64,000 nucleotides of DNA, taken from the NCBI RefSeq assembly GCF_036321535.1, contig NC_087439.1:93310001-93374000 (forward strand), written 5' to 3'. The notes under the pieces were generated by a model, which saw only the letters and a program-made list of their open reading frames with translations, did no database searches and was not told the DNA's origin. The translations under genes and the position numbers were made by a program. Each line of letters begins with the position of its first letter. Positions within the stretch are counted from its first letter, which is position 1. Positions 1-12,098 of the stretch are shown piece by piece. The stretch is from Camelus dromedarius. Taxonomy: Eukaryota.

Positions 1-2087
1 TGATTACAGAGCAGGCTTGTCTGATGGTCCCAGAACTGCCCTTGTGTGGTGCTGGTGCGGTGACATGATGTTCAACAGACATGCCGGCCCAGCCGTGGGT
101 GCCAGGCCGCCGGCAGCGCCAGGCCAGCTCCTTTCCCAGCAGCGGCCTGTGCAGAGCAGTCCCCCCGGGCAGACGAGGGCACCTCTGCACGAGGTGATGA
201 CCAAAATCTAGACAGTCCTGCCTTCCATCCTTAGTAGAACACACAGTAACACGTAATTCCCCAAGGACCTGCGTTCTGCCTGGAAGAAGGGAGGGAGGCC
301 CAGGCAGACAGATTGCTTCCTCCACTCCAGCAGAACTGAGGGTCAAGACAGAAATTAATATAAAGCCAGAGAAAGAAGTAAATCGTATTTCCTGCATACT
401 TGAACTGGGACCAGAGACTGCTAACATTGCATGTCTATACCCTGGGCTCGTTACAAACCCTAAAATCAGAGCCGTGTCATTTGGAAGCAATGGCCCTCGA
501 CTTCCAGAGGTCACTGCTGATTTCAGAAACACCTGTGGCTTGAGAAGGAATTTAGTTTCAACGTTTCCTGTGGAAAGTTCTACGTTCCCCAGACATAGCA
601 AAGAGGGTGGGCAGGAGAAATGAGGGGCCAACGGTGATCTGCAGCTTACATTTAACACTTACTGATGACTTTAACTCTTTCATTTTCAGGAAAATTCCTA
701 GAAAGGATTAGGAGGCATAGAGAGATATCTGTAAGGACCTTAATACAAGATTAGAAATTCTTTCTTTTTAAAAAGGTGGAAACTTAATTCCCAGAGAGGG
801 AAGGGCAACTCCTATGACACCAGGTCTGTGTGTCAGGACAAGGGCACCAGATACCCCATCAAACTGACAGTCGCTTTGAGCATCCATAAACCCAGCTGCT
901 CAGGACGTAAGTCATCAGAGGACTGGCGTGCACAGCCAATCAGCAGAAACTCTCCGGAGCAGGAGGCTTTCCAAGGCCACCGCAATGCATCTGCATAAGA
1001 GACACTCTTCACCTGTTTACTTTGCTTGTAGCAAAGCTCACCATTTCCAGCAAACTGCTCCCAGAAACAGAACCAATGGCAGGCAGTGCAGCCGAGGAGG
1101 GCGCCCAGCCTCTAGGGCTCTAGAGGAACCTAGAGAAGGCAGTTGCTCCGGACCTTAGTCGCCAAGAGCAGGTCGAGGTCTAGAGAGCCAACAGTGACAA
1201 AGAGAGGAGGGAAGCCCATCCGTGGCTTCACCTTTAGACTGAAGACAGCCCTTCCCACAGCCTCGCTCCTGTGTGAGGCTCAGGACACACCTGGCCCAGG
1301 GGAGTTGTGCCTGAACCGGCGGCTGAGCTTCTTGGAGGGAATGGAGTCATGCTGGAAGGATGGACAGTCGTCTCTGAAGTGGGTGGTGACCAAGTCCTTC
1401 CGGGATGGGAGCCGAGGCTTCACGGAGACCAGCAGGATCCGGGCAACCTACCTGACTGGGAGAGACAAGAGTTTGGACCACATGGTAAGCCTCCTTCCCA
1501 GGACAGGTCTTCCTAGGTCTTCCCATCCTGGGAGACCAACTGGGACAGAGACTACGCTCCATCCTGTGTGGTTGGGAAGTCTGTGTTTGCTGGTGCATTT
1601 GTGCATATATACATGAGAGAGATAGAAAGACAGAGAGAGACTGAGAGAGAGGTGGAGGACAGGCTGCTTCAGCATAAAGGCAGAAGGCGTACGTGATCAA
1701 GAGACGGTCAGTATCAGTGATAACGAGGACTGCTTGTCCTGCGTGCTTGACCTGGAAATAATGAGGATGCAAGGTCAGGCGGACTTGCCAGCTTGACTTC
1801 AGAATAAGTTCTGTTCCATGAGGAGCAGGGGTAGCTGAAACCAGGACTCAGGTGGGACAGTGAAGGAGAAAGAGAGAAGATGATGGGAGACCAGCCACAG
1901 AGGGCTTCTGGGCTCTTGTAAAAGGTGGACAGCAGGTGAACTACAAGGAAGTAAGGAGGTGGGAGCAATGAAGGAAATGTTCCCACCCTTCTCATTCTCC
2001 CAGTGTCTTCAAGTGACTTCAGGTAGGTGGAGTCCCTGCTGATAATGAACTTGGTGGGTAAAACCTCTGGGATCACGTAAGCTTGCT

Positions 2088-2217
2088 ACATACATACACA
2101 CACACACACACACCATACAGATACACCAACCACACACACAACTCAACAACACGTATACCGCATACACAGAATACACCCCCACACCACACACTCATACACA
2201 TATTAACACACATACAT
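2088..2217. repeat. CA-rich low-complexity / degenerate (CA)n tract
   Basis: acatacatacacacacacacacaccatacagatacacc... runs of CA/ACA over ~130 bp. Confidence 0.85.
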
Positions 2218-4241
2218 TAGCCCCTCAGTTTTTCTCTGGTTCTCTCTGAATTTTCTCTCTAAATTTCTCCCTGACCTGTTTCTTCAGGAGCCCGCACGTG
2301 CTAGAAAGCCAGCGAGAAAAATAGGCTGCCACTTCGCGTTTTGTAAATCGTTCCTCTTTCTCCGTTTCATTTGTCTTTTATTGTCAAAGTTCATGGAATG
2401 CCGTCCTGTGGAAAAGAAAATAATTGATGGTGCGGGAGGCGCAGAGGAATGCTATCAGCCCCGTTTGCCTCTGGGGAGGGATTTGTAACGAGAGCTTAGA
2501 CAAGTGTCCCACTTTCCAAGCTCCTTTCCAGCCCTTCCTGTGTCTGAGGTCAAGTGCCTGCCATCCGGAGCTCAACAGCTGGGGTTCTCGTGATGCGGGT
2601 CAAGCCCCCTCCCGACTGCAGCCGCAGAGAAGAGCGTTCTGCCTTCTTGACCCTCCCTGGTAAGACCTGGCCGGACCCCTGTGCTTTGCCCTTAGACGTG
2701 ACCCCTCTCCTGCCAGCTGGACGAACATCCCTCAGCTCCCCCTACAGTTCAAATAGTGGCCACGTGCACAGCAGCTCCTTCCTCTAAGCAGGCAGCTGAT
2801 AAAGAATCAGCAAAGCGGGCAGCCTGTAGATGTGCGCATGCCGCTGTGCCCCAGCAGATCCGGAGGCTCTGTCTGCTTTCCGAGTCAGGCGCCTTGCCTT
2901 CTTAGATGTGACAATGGAACGCTTTCCTTAAAACTGGGTTTATAGCTAAGGAAGCCTTTTCCTGGGTCTCCGATGTTTATGCTTTTCAAATTTTCCCAGC
3001 CTCCTCCTTTGGAAGAAAGGTCAGTTGTCTGAGCACAGCCCATGGAGCTGGAGAGAACTTCTTTTAAGTGCCCAAATTCTTCCCTTAGAAACAGTCCTAA
3101 GAACAGACTTCACAGTGCAGCCAGAAGTCATCTAGGCAGTGGGCAATGCCACATGAGCAGCATCAGATTCACCTACTAGGATATACATGAGCTGAGGAGG
3201 TTCTGACGGTCAGAGTAGAACCCACTCAAAGTTAAATAAAGGAGCAGGAAAGAAACAAGCAAAAGAAATCAGATTGATGGATCTCATTCTAAGCATCTCC
3301 CCTAGTGTGATCTTTCATTTCATGGTAAAGTCATGGGGAAATGACTATTTCTAAAGAGGTGAAGGGCCAGAATTTAGATGAAAAATATCTAAATAGGCCT
3401 AAACTATTTTATTTTCTTAGAAGTGTCCTGTGTTATACTGTACTTTTATGTAAGACCTGGGACTTCTAATTGTCCACGCTTCATTCAGCTGCCTACAGTC
3501 TCACTCGTGCTCTGAGAATCACCCCAAAGACACCCCAGCTGAGTGAGCCCTTTCACACGGAGCCGGGCTTCCTCCCAGGTCACAGCCTCCTCTCCTCCCT
3601 CAGGGCCCGGGTGGCATGACACAGAAGTCAGTGGGCCAAATAAGAGCAACCACCGGTGTCCCTGGAAGTGACCAGACGCCTCACGAGCAGCCCCACCCGA
3701 CCCTCGCCTTCAAGCCCCACAGCCGTGTGGTTTTCCACTTGACATGTTTGGCTTTCACACAGGCATTTTTTCATGGAGACAGGGCTCTGGGTCAGCCTCC
3801 CTGTTCTGATACATCCAGTCCCTGGGGATTCTCTGTTCCTGTTTTAGTCATTGTGCAGACAGGTCCTAGCTGTCAGCCCTTGTCTTAGTTTGGGACCCCC
3901 TAAGGGCAGGCCCAGCCACAGACTTGAGTACAGAGAAGTTCTGGGGGGGGGGTCACCCTGAGAAGTATGGGAGGGAGTGGGGAAGGTGAGCAGGCATACG
4001 AGGGAGCCCCACAGAGGGCACGTGCATGCGGTGTCACCTCCACGGGCAGCTGCAGACGACCCCTGTGTCCTCCTGCAGACCATCCTTCCGGTGGTCCCTC
4101 CCCCATCCCGTGGATCCCCAGAATTTCTGGGATCCCTGGGCTTGGACTCAGCAAGGCCCACCGTGCCAAGCATCTCATGGACAGATTGGCAGCGGGATGT
4201 AGGTGAGAAACTGTCAGCGGGCAAAGACCTGTCAGGGACAC

Positions 4242-4268
4242 GTGTGTGTGTGTGTGTGTGTGTGTGTG
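4242..4268. repeat. (TG)n microsatellite, ~13 units
   Basis: Uninterrupted gtgtgt... read directly. Confidence 0.97.
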
Positions 4269-4492
4269 GCGGGGGCTGGGTGGGCCGGTGCCCGCCTCTG
4301 CACCAGCTGACTGGCATCAGTTGACTCAGGCGCTTGGTTCATGGGTTTATGCAGAACTCGTATGTCAATCACATTAAGAGAGAGAAAGTCTCCTGGGTGG
4401 ATTAGGAAAACAGAACTTCCTGAACTGAAAAGGAAGGGAAACAGAGCTGCCTCCACGTGCTCCCTTCCTTTTAACTTGAACTTAGTGCCTTG

Positions 4493-4506
4493 CTGCCATC
4501 TGGGGT
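4493..4506 (-). promoter_or_regulatory. Candidate CTCF motif, reverse orientation
   Basis: Minus strand ACCCCAGATGGCAG versus core CCASYAGRKGGCRS: 2 mismatches, both at the 5' end. Confidence 0.35.
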
Positions 4507-4845
4507 GTCGGTGCAGACTGCCGTCCCTGCTCCAGCCCCCTGCCCGCGCAGACCCTCCCCACCACGGGGAACCAAAGGACGAGCAGATCCGAAGAAAGAG
4601 CTTGAATATTATGAAAGCGATTTTTTTCCTTTGTTTTTCTTGGAGCATGAGCTCCTTCTGCCTGGCTCCCAGAGAAAGGGGCAGGCAGGGCTGGAATTAA
4701 CATGAAAACAGAAGGAATCCAAAGAGAAAAAAGGTGATTTCAGCTTATGAAATTCAAAATAGGCTCACGGGACTGGGGCATCCCACAGCCCTGCAGGACT
4801 GAGGAAGAAGGAATTAGCATAACTCTCCAGAGCTGGGCTGCACCA

Positions 4846-4884
4846 GGTGGGCCGGGTGGGCCGGGTGGGCCGGGTGGGCAAGGG
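4846..4884 (+). repeat. 9-bp tandem repeat (GGTGGGCCG)x~3.5 with G-quadruplex potential
   Basis: ggtgggccgggtgggccgggtgggccgggtgggcaaggg: eight GGG tracts with 1-3 nt loops. Confidence 0.9.
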
Positions 4885-5101
4885 CCATGGGCCGTGGGCT
4901 GTCAGGTGGGAGAGGCTTCCCCTGCTGCCTGTGGACCTGGGAAGGCACAGGTGGGAGCAGCTGGCATCTCTTTCTCAGACCTGACTGCTCTGGAAAGCGT
5001 GCTGGAAATGCTTAGGGAAGCATCGGGGGTGGAAGGGTGCTGGCTCCCATCCCTTTAGGGGACCCTGGCAGCAGGGGTGACAACAGATGTGGTTCAACGT
5101 A

Positions 5102-5157
5102 GGTCAGAGGAGGCGGTGCTGGTCAGAGGAGGCGGTGCTGGTCAGAGGGTGGGTGCT
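5102..5157. repeat. 19-bp tandem repeat, ~3 copies
   Basis: ggtcagaggaggcggtgct x2 (5102-5120, 5121-5139) plus degenerate ggtcagagggtgggtgct. Confidence 0.92.
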
Positions 5158-5469
5158 ATGTCTGGGCGTTGGAGCCTCTCTGTTACCAGTGACACGGAGC
5201 CGAGGCTGGCAGGTGTGCTGAAGGGCCCATCTTGGGGGCCTGAACGAGATTCTGCCAGCCTTGGCCGGAGAAGGAGGACAGGCAAAGAATCAGAGAGGCC
5301 AAGGGGAAGCCACGGGGTCAAAATAGGGCCCCAATGAGCTGGCAGAGAACTGAACAAGAGCCCTCCGGCTCCAGAGGCCAGAACACCCAGGGTGGGGACA
5401 AAGACACCTTATATCCCAGGGGACACCAGACCTGCCACACCTCCCTGGGAGCTGAGAGCCTTCCCTCCA

Positions 5470-5483
5470 CCACCAGGGGGCAC
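5470..5483 (+). promoter_or_regulatory. CTCF core motif, forward orientation
   Basis: CCACCAGGGGGCAC matches CCASYAGRKGGCRS at 14/14 positions and is followed by TG. Confidence 0.6.
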
Positions 5484-6839
5484 TGGGGTCTCAGAGAGGA
5501 GCCAGTGGGGGCGGGGCTCCGGACATAAAAGCAGAATTTTTCCCCAAAACTGAGTGCCCCCTACAGTGATTCTTTAAGATCTTGAATCAAACTAAGTTTA
5601 AAGTTAAATTAGACATTTAGTTCAGTTTAGTCTAATTTTTACCCAGGCTAAATGCTCAGAATTGAGTGCTGTCAGAAAGCAAGAACATTCTTGTGGTTTT
5701 AACAAGAAATCGTATCTAGACTGAGGCCGAAAGCGGAAAGTGGCAAAGAGGTGGCAATCTGTCCTATCAGCCAGAGGGGGCGGGGACCCCTCGTGCAGTT
5801 TGGACAATGTGCTCCTTCTGCCCCACGTGTGCAGCCACGGCCGTGGGGCTGTCTTGGTCTCGCTCCACCACAGGCACAGACAGACCTTGTCTGGTGCTGA
5901 TACTGATGCTGCCCTGTGAAGCCCAAGGCTCGGCTGAGTGTGTCCGGCCAGCTCCCAAGGTCAGGGCTGCTGTGCCGTGAGACCCTGCAGTGAAGGCACA
6001 GCAGGGAGATTCCCCGGGGAGGCCAAGCCTGGCGCCCCGTACTTTAGGGAGCGCGCAAGCCAGCCTGACTTCATAACAAAATGCAATCTCCTAGGAAGGG
6101 GGAACTATGAATCAGGTAGAAATAGAATCTTTTTATCAAAGGGCTTGTCATGATTTGTTAAAAAAAAAGAAAAGCAACTTAGATCCAGACTTAACAACTT
6201 CCCGCACAATAAATTTCAATTACGTTACAGAAGCTTGTGTTTGAAAAGTCTAAGCGTTACCAATTTAGAAATACACATTAAATATACTTCTCCAACCCAT
6301 GATTGTCACAGGATTTTCCAAGTTTAAACACTAGAGTTTATCTCAAAGACAGTTGAGTATATATTTAGTTGAATCCATCAAAATTCAAATAGTATGTGTC
6401 AAAACACGCCATAAATAGAACTAAAAGTCGGACGTCTAATTTTAAAAATTGTTTCAAACCAAAATGAAAAATAGAAACATCATTAATATTTAGCCATCTC
6501 ATACATATTACTAGAAAGGCACTAAAACTTCAATAAAATGGACAAATGCATAGTCAAATATATACAGATTATGGCAAACGATAAAGATTTGGACAAGTGC
6601 CTAGCTTTGTGCCAAATTATTTATCTAATAATTGAGATAAAATAAGTTAAACAATAAAAATACACAATTATAAACAATCACATACAATAATATGGTACAA
6701 TTCTGTGTACTAAACCATGAGCGATTTTGAAAAATGGAAAAATGCCAAACAGTCATGAGAGTTGGATAAAAAGAACACTCTCTTATACTGTTGTTCAGGT
6801 TATAAATCGTTCCATCATTCCCTGAAACTAATGGGATTT

Positions 6840-7060
6840 CTAGAAATCTAACCTGAGAAATGATTTCAAAACACAAGGATTTCCACACAAAACAGCCATG
6901 GCCGTATTATTTAAAATGGAAGAAAAACCGAAAATAACTCAAGAGTTAGGGTGAAACAGATTGTGGCTTCTATAAAATATAATGTTATGAATCATACTTT
7001 ACAGAGAGTTCACGATGCCTCGGGGAAATATTTGTCTTTAATATTTTTTTTTTGCAAAAG
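6840..7060 (+). mobile_element. Ancient L1 (L1ME-like) 3' fragment
   Basis: AT-rich; degenerate resemblance to recalled L1 3' region (gaaatctaacctgagaaatgatttcaaaac...gccgtattatttaaaatgg). Confidence 0.45.
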
Positions 7061-8164
7061 AGATAATAGCGTTGCATGGTTTGTGGGTGACCTTTCAGTT
7101 ATGAAAGGTTCTTAGAGGATAGTTCTTACTTTTTATCATAAGAGTAATGAGAGTAATTTTTCAATTCTTCTCTGACATGGTGACAAACTGCTGATTTAAA
7201 GAACACTAAGGTTCTGTTTCTGAGGACATTTTTTTTCGGACTTTGAGGCACATGACAGAGCCCTCCCCACCTTAAGCAACTAGACTCTGTCTCCAGATCA
7301 AACCACATATTCAGAACAGTTTAAAAATAATTACAAGTGATTCACTGTGTAAAGCAGCTTGTATTTTTTTTTTTGTTTTGTTTTTTTGTTCTAACATATG
7401 TGGAAATCCTTCTTTTTTGAGGAAACATAATTTGGTCTTTATTATTCCAACATAGAGTGGGTGTCTGTCATGAATGAAAATGTCAATGTATTTTAAGAAC
7501 AGAATCTACCTTTTGGTATCAGCAAAGGAATCAATTATTCATGGCACCCTCTGCAATAAGACGCTGTTCTCACCCCGCGCAGCGGGCGGGCTCAGCGTTG
7601 TATTATTAATGTCCCCTATTTACAGGCGTGCTGTGCAGAAAGCAATTTCCCATAAAGATGCTGAGTGCTTCATCTTGTTCATTTGGAATGATTTGGAAAA
7701 TGGTCATTCGGCCAAATTATTATGGTAATGTTACACCTTTATGTAGTATATTAGAAACAATCGCGTCAAATTTGGTGACACAGTAAATCATGGAAGCAGG
7801 TGTTCAAAAATTACCACCCACTCCTGGGAGCCTAAGAGAGAGCCCTGCATTCCAAAGGCCACAGGCAGCCCCTGGGAGTCCCTGCAGGGCTTTTCTTATT
7901 TTCTTCCTACTGAACCTCTCCACTGCGGTGCTGCAGCCCCGTGTGCCTGCGCCTCCATCAGCCCCCAGCCTTGTCCCCTCCCCCACCAGCAGGAGAGGCG
8001 CCCACCCCTGCTGGGCCAGTTAGAGTCTCTGTCCGAGGAATTTGGCATCTGAGACTGAGAGACAAGTTGGCGTGCAGCTTAGACCACTGAATGTGTAAAC
8101 TCATTTCAATCCTCAATAAGCTACACATAGAATGACCAAAGGTGCCCAGCGATTCTGTTCTTAG

Positions 8165-9035
8165 GTACATGCTCAGAATAACGGAAATACATACTCAAAC
8201 CAGCACGTTGATAACAGCATCACTCACAATAGCCAAAAAGTGGAAACAACCCCAGTGTCCATTAACAGATGAATAAATAATCAAAACGTGGTGTAGACAT
8301 ACAAAGAAACATGACTCAGCCATAAAAAGGGATGGTGGACTGACACCTATTACAGTGCGGACGAACTGCAGAGTATTATGCTAACGAGAGAAGTCCACCA
8401 CAAAGAGCACAGGACACGCTCCCACTTAAATGAAATTTCCAGAGGAGGCGAATCCACAGAGGCAGACGACACGCTGGTGATGGCCAGAGGCCGGGGGAGG
8501 GGGTAGAGACAGAGTGACTGCGTAGTGGGTATCTTAGTCTTTGGGAGCTGCCGTAGCAAAAATACCGTCACCTGGTGGCTTAAAGACAACAGAGATTTAC
8601 TTCTCATCGTTCGGGAGGCTGGAAATCCGAGATCAAGCTGCTGGCAGATCTGGTGTCTGGCGAGAGCTTGCTTCCTCAGAGAAGCTGTCTTTTTGCTGCG
8701 TCCTCACATGGTGCAAGGAGTGGGGAGCTCAGCTCTGTGGGGCCTCCTTTAAAAGGACTCTAATCTCATTCCTGAAGCTTCACCCTCATGACTAAGCCCC
8801 TCCCAAAGGCCCCGCATTCTAATATCACATTGGGTGTTAGGTTTCAACATGTGAATTTGGCGGGAACACAGATACTTAGTCTGCAGCGATGGGTGTGGGG
8901 CTTGCTCTTGAGGTGATGAAATGTTTTGGGACTGGGAAGGGGTGGGGCTTGTGCAACATTGTGAATATACTAACTGCCACTGAATTGCACACTCAGAGTA
9001 GTTCGTTTTATGTCACGTGAATTTCACATCAATAA
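8165..9035 (+). mobile_element. Old L1 (L1MB-like) 3' end, split by an MLT1 LTR
   Basis: cagcatcactcacaatagccaaaaagtggaaacaaccccagtgtccattaacagatgaat... then ggtgatgaaatgttttgg...ccactgaattgcac...tgaatttcacatcaataa, typical of L1 3' UTR. Confidence 0.85.
8530..8888 (-). mobile_element. MaLR solo LTR (MLT1-like)
   Basis: tatcttagtc...ggtggcttaaagacaacagagattt...ggaggctggaaatccgagatcaag...gtttcaacatgtgaattt; 5-bp TSD gtggg/atggg duplicated from the host L1. Confidence 0.88.
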
Positions 9036-9699
9036 CAAGCAACTCATGTAGAGCTGGGGTCAGGAACTGGCACCCGCATTGCTGGACAGACTCTAGACAA
9101 AGCACGAGGGGGCGTAAACAGGGAGTCTGCAGAGGAAGTTGGCTTGAGAGAGGACAGTGAGGCAGGCACTGGGTGGGCCCTGAAGTAATGACTAGGAACT
9201 TTAAAAAGACCCCCAAAGGGGCGGCCCACCTCAGAATCTAAGGCCGTAGACCCAGAGATTACCAGAGCTGGAAGCAGCCTCAGATCCACCAAGTCTATGC
9301 AAGGCAGCCACAGCCCAGAAGGGCTACAGGACCTGCCCCAGGCACACGGCTGTTGGTACAGAATCAGATCTGAAAGAAAAGCTGGCCGACCGGCGTGGAA
9401 GCCTCTCCTATTGCTCTTACTTAGAAGCGATGCCCCTTATGGCGAAACCACCTGGGACAGAAGGAGAGGTCCCGGGGGTGACCCAGCTCCCGTCTCCCTG
9501 TGTCCACAGTCCCTGTGGGAGGAGAAGTTGGGAACGCGGTTGGTCCTAGCACCCCTGCCTTCACTGTGCCCTCCGCTGGGGCACCTCGCAAATTCCTTCC
9601 GGTCCCCCAACGTTGTGCCCGGACTTCTCCGCCAGATGCGCACAGAACGCACAGTTGAAAACACTGCCTTCTTGAAAGTCTCTCTCCAAGTCTGAACAG

Positions 9700-10500
9700 C
9701 GCTCCCTCTGGCCTCCTTCTCCCCTCTCTTCCTCCACCTCCTGACCACCGCGAACTTCCCCTAGTCCTGCGGGAGCTCTCTCCCCGTCTTCTGCACAGTC
9801 TCCCCAGGCAATTTCCTCCACACCTCGCCTTTAATTAACATCTATAGCTGATGACAATTAAACATCGCTCTGGTCCAGAACTCTAACCTGAGCTCCAAAT
9901 GCACAGAGCTAACCACGTGTCAGGTCACCGGAAGCCGCTGCCAGCTTGGTCCAAACCACACACCCTCGCTCTTCCCCAAACCTGTTCCTCATCTCGTTTC
10001 CTCCACTCACCAATGAGAAATGTGGGTGCAGCCCTGGTCTCCGCCTCCTCCTGGGTCACCATCCCCCACAACCAAGTCACGAGCATGGATTAACTAGTCT
10101 CCGGAGTATTTCTGGAATGTTACCGCATCCCCTCCATCCGCCTCTGCCACGACCTTAGCTGAAGGGCCTCACAGTTCTCCTCCTGACACAGTACTGTCAG
10201 AGCAGCATCTTAAAAGCCCAAATTTGACCCCTGCTTGAAATGATCCTATATTTCCATGAAATCTACAGAAAGAAGTCTAAACTCCCTGGCCTGGCGCATT
10301 CACGGCCCTCCTTACTCTGTCCTCTTTCTCCTATCCCGGGATTCCTCTGGGGAAGTGTTGCCCCAGTGCCCTCACATCCTAGAAACAGTGGAGGGCAGCG
10401 TGGTCTCCTCAGGCCCCTCCAGCATGATGCACCTGGACCTTTGCACATGCTGCCCTCCAAATCCAGAGCTTCCTCCCTCTCCTCTCTACTAGACAAACTC
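9700..10500 (+). mobile_element. L2 LINE fragment
   Basis: catctatagctgatgacaattaaacatc...cctgagctccaaat...ccaaacctgttcctc...aagtctaaactccctggcctggc resembles the recalled L2 3' portion. Confidence 0.7.
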
Positions 10501-10819
10501 CTACTCCTTTTCCAAGAGGGTTCAGGGACCAAGTTTCCATGCGGGTGTTCACGAGTGTTTACCACGTGCTGACTGCGTGGGGCATTGCAGGAACTTAAGC
10601 CAGGACTGTCTGTGGAGCCACTGCCTCCGGGTAAGGAGGGCAGAGACAAAGGACACGCAATTTGCTGAGTGCTGAGTCGGGGGAGCCACAATCAGCGTGA
10701 CCAGCGATTCCGGTTGGCAGGGGCTGTCCTCATCTGTGCAGTGAAAATCTCATGTCCCAGGAAATGGCTGACCACCTTAAGCCTCAAGAAGGAAGACCCA
10801 GCAGAAAAGTCAGTGTAAG

Positions 10820-11540
10820 TGGCCCAGCAGGCAGGAGGAGGGGAGGGCCTTCCGGGCAGAGGGAGCTGTGGCAGCGGAGGGGGGGGGGGGAGGGGCCCTG
10901 ACCGGGGCACGTTCACGGAGCAGAAGCAGCGCGGTCCGGCTGGGCCGCGCCGAGCCTGTCTGGAAGAACGCCTCTGCCTTCGGCCGCCGCCCCTAGTGCC
11001 CAGAAGTGAGCCTCCTCCTCTCCCCCGCGGCCCCGCGAGCGCACGCCCACCGCGCGCACGGCGCGCAGGCGGCTCACAGCGCCGTTCAACCTGCGCCTTC
11101 ACGGGCCGCCTTTGCAAGCGCCCTGGAAGCGGCTCCGGGCGGAGGCCCGTGCCCGCCCCGCGCGTCTGGGGCCGAGAGCGGGAGTGCGGCGAGCGTCCGA
11201 GGAGTTACTGCGCCCCTCTGTTCCCAGAGCGCCTGTCAGGCGCCCGCTGCACGAGGCCCACGTCAGAGCGCAGCTGTGTTCACACCCCAGGCAGGGAAGC
11301 GTTCCCCCCAGCGCCGCCAGCTGCCCAGGCCCCCCCAGGCGCCAGGGGAGCCGGGAAGCCGGGGACCCCTCCGGCCGGGAAGGTGCGCGCGGGGGGGGGG
11401 GGGGGGGGAGAGAATCACAGAGAGGAAAAGTCCAGGTCAGACCGCAGCGACACGGGGCTTCCTTCCCGCTCTGTGCTGCCACCAGACTCTAAGTCCCATG
11501 GGGACAGAGAGCAGCTTGGTCTAGTTCGCGGCTGCGTCCT
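10820..11540. promoter_or_regulatory. CpG island / probable promoter, gene not identified
   Basis: Very high GC and CpG density over ~700 bp; GC box cccgcccc (~11153), KLF-type cacgccc, GCGC repeats, TGACGTGG on the minus strand (11258-11265), E-box cagctg. Confidence 0.8.
11391..11408 (+). repeat. G18 homopolymer
   Basis: 18 consecutive G. Confidence 0.9.
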
Positions 11541-12098
11541 CAACTTACTTCACCCGCAGGAGCCACCTCAACAGTCTCATTGCTCCAAGTGTGGTCCACG
11601 ACCTGGGACCCCAGCCCAGACCTACTGCTCGGGACCTGCATTTTAACACGGCTTCTGTACCACGCATATTAACGTCTGAGAAGGCCTGTTTTAAAGGATA
11701 GCGTAGGTTTGGGCTATAAAAATCAGTTAGAACTGAGGCCTCCTTGCCCACCTGGAAGACCGTCTTTGTCTTCAAACCCCCTGGGCAGACATTCTCTTAG
11801 AGATCTTCCCAGACTTCTCCCCTGTTGCCGTCGCTCCATGTGCCCACCTGCCCTGTGCTCTCCGTTCTGTTGAGACATTTAACACACGGTAATGTAATTT
11901 GGTTTGCGTGCCTGTCTTGCCCACCAGGTGGGTCGGCCAGACTGAGGTCCTCGAGATAAGAGGAGTCTTGTTTATCTTTGCATCCCAGGTCTGTCTGCAC
12001 ATTGAACTGATGAGTGACGTGCCCGGTGTGGGCTGGCCTGTGGGATCCCCCTCCGAGTCTCTTACTGTACCATCCCAGACTTCACCGAGGCAAGTCTG

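Noticed and set aside
4-211. Overlapping 64-66 aa ORFs on both strands at the window start
   Set aside because: No recognisable protein in any of the six frames and no polypyrimidine acceptor; GC-rich sequence explains the lack of stops
4846-5157. Short tandem arrays considered as CRISPR-like
   Set aside because: Head-to-tail repeats without unique spacers in a mammalian genome; these are ordinary minisatellites
10651-10670. ggacacgcaatttgctgag faintly resembles part of U6 snRNA
   Set aside because: Only ~10 bases match and no other U6 sequence flanks it
10819-11646. Longest ORF (275 aa) and several overlapping ORFs
   Set aside because: Lies in the CpG island, where stop codons are rare; G/P/R/A-rich low-complexity translations are open in several frames and on both strands
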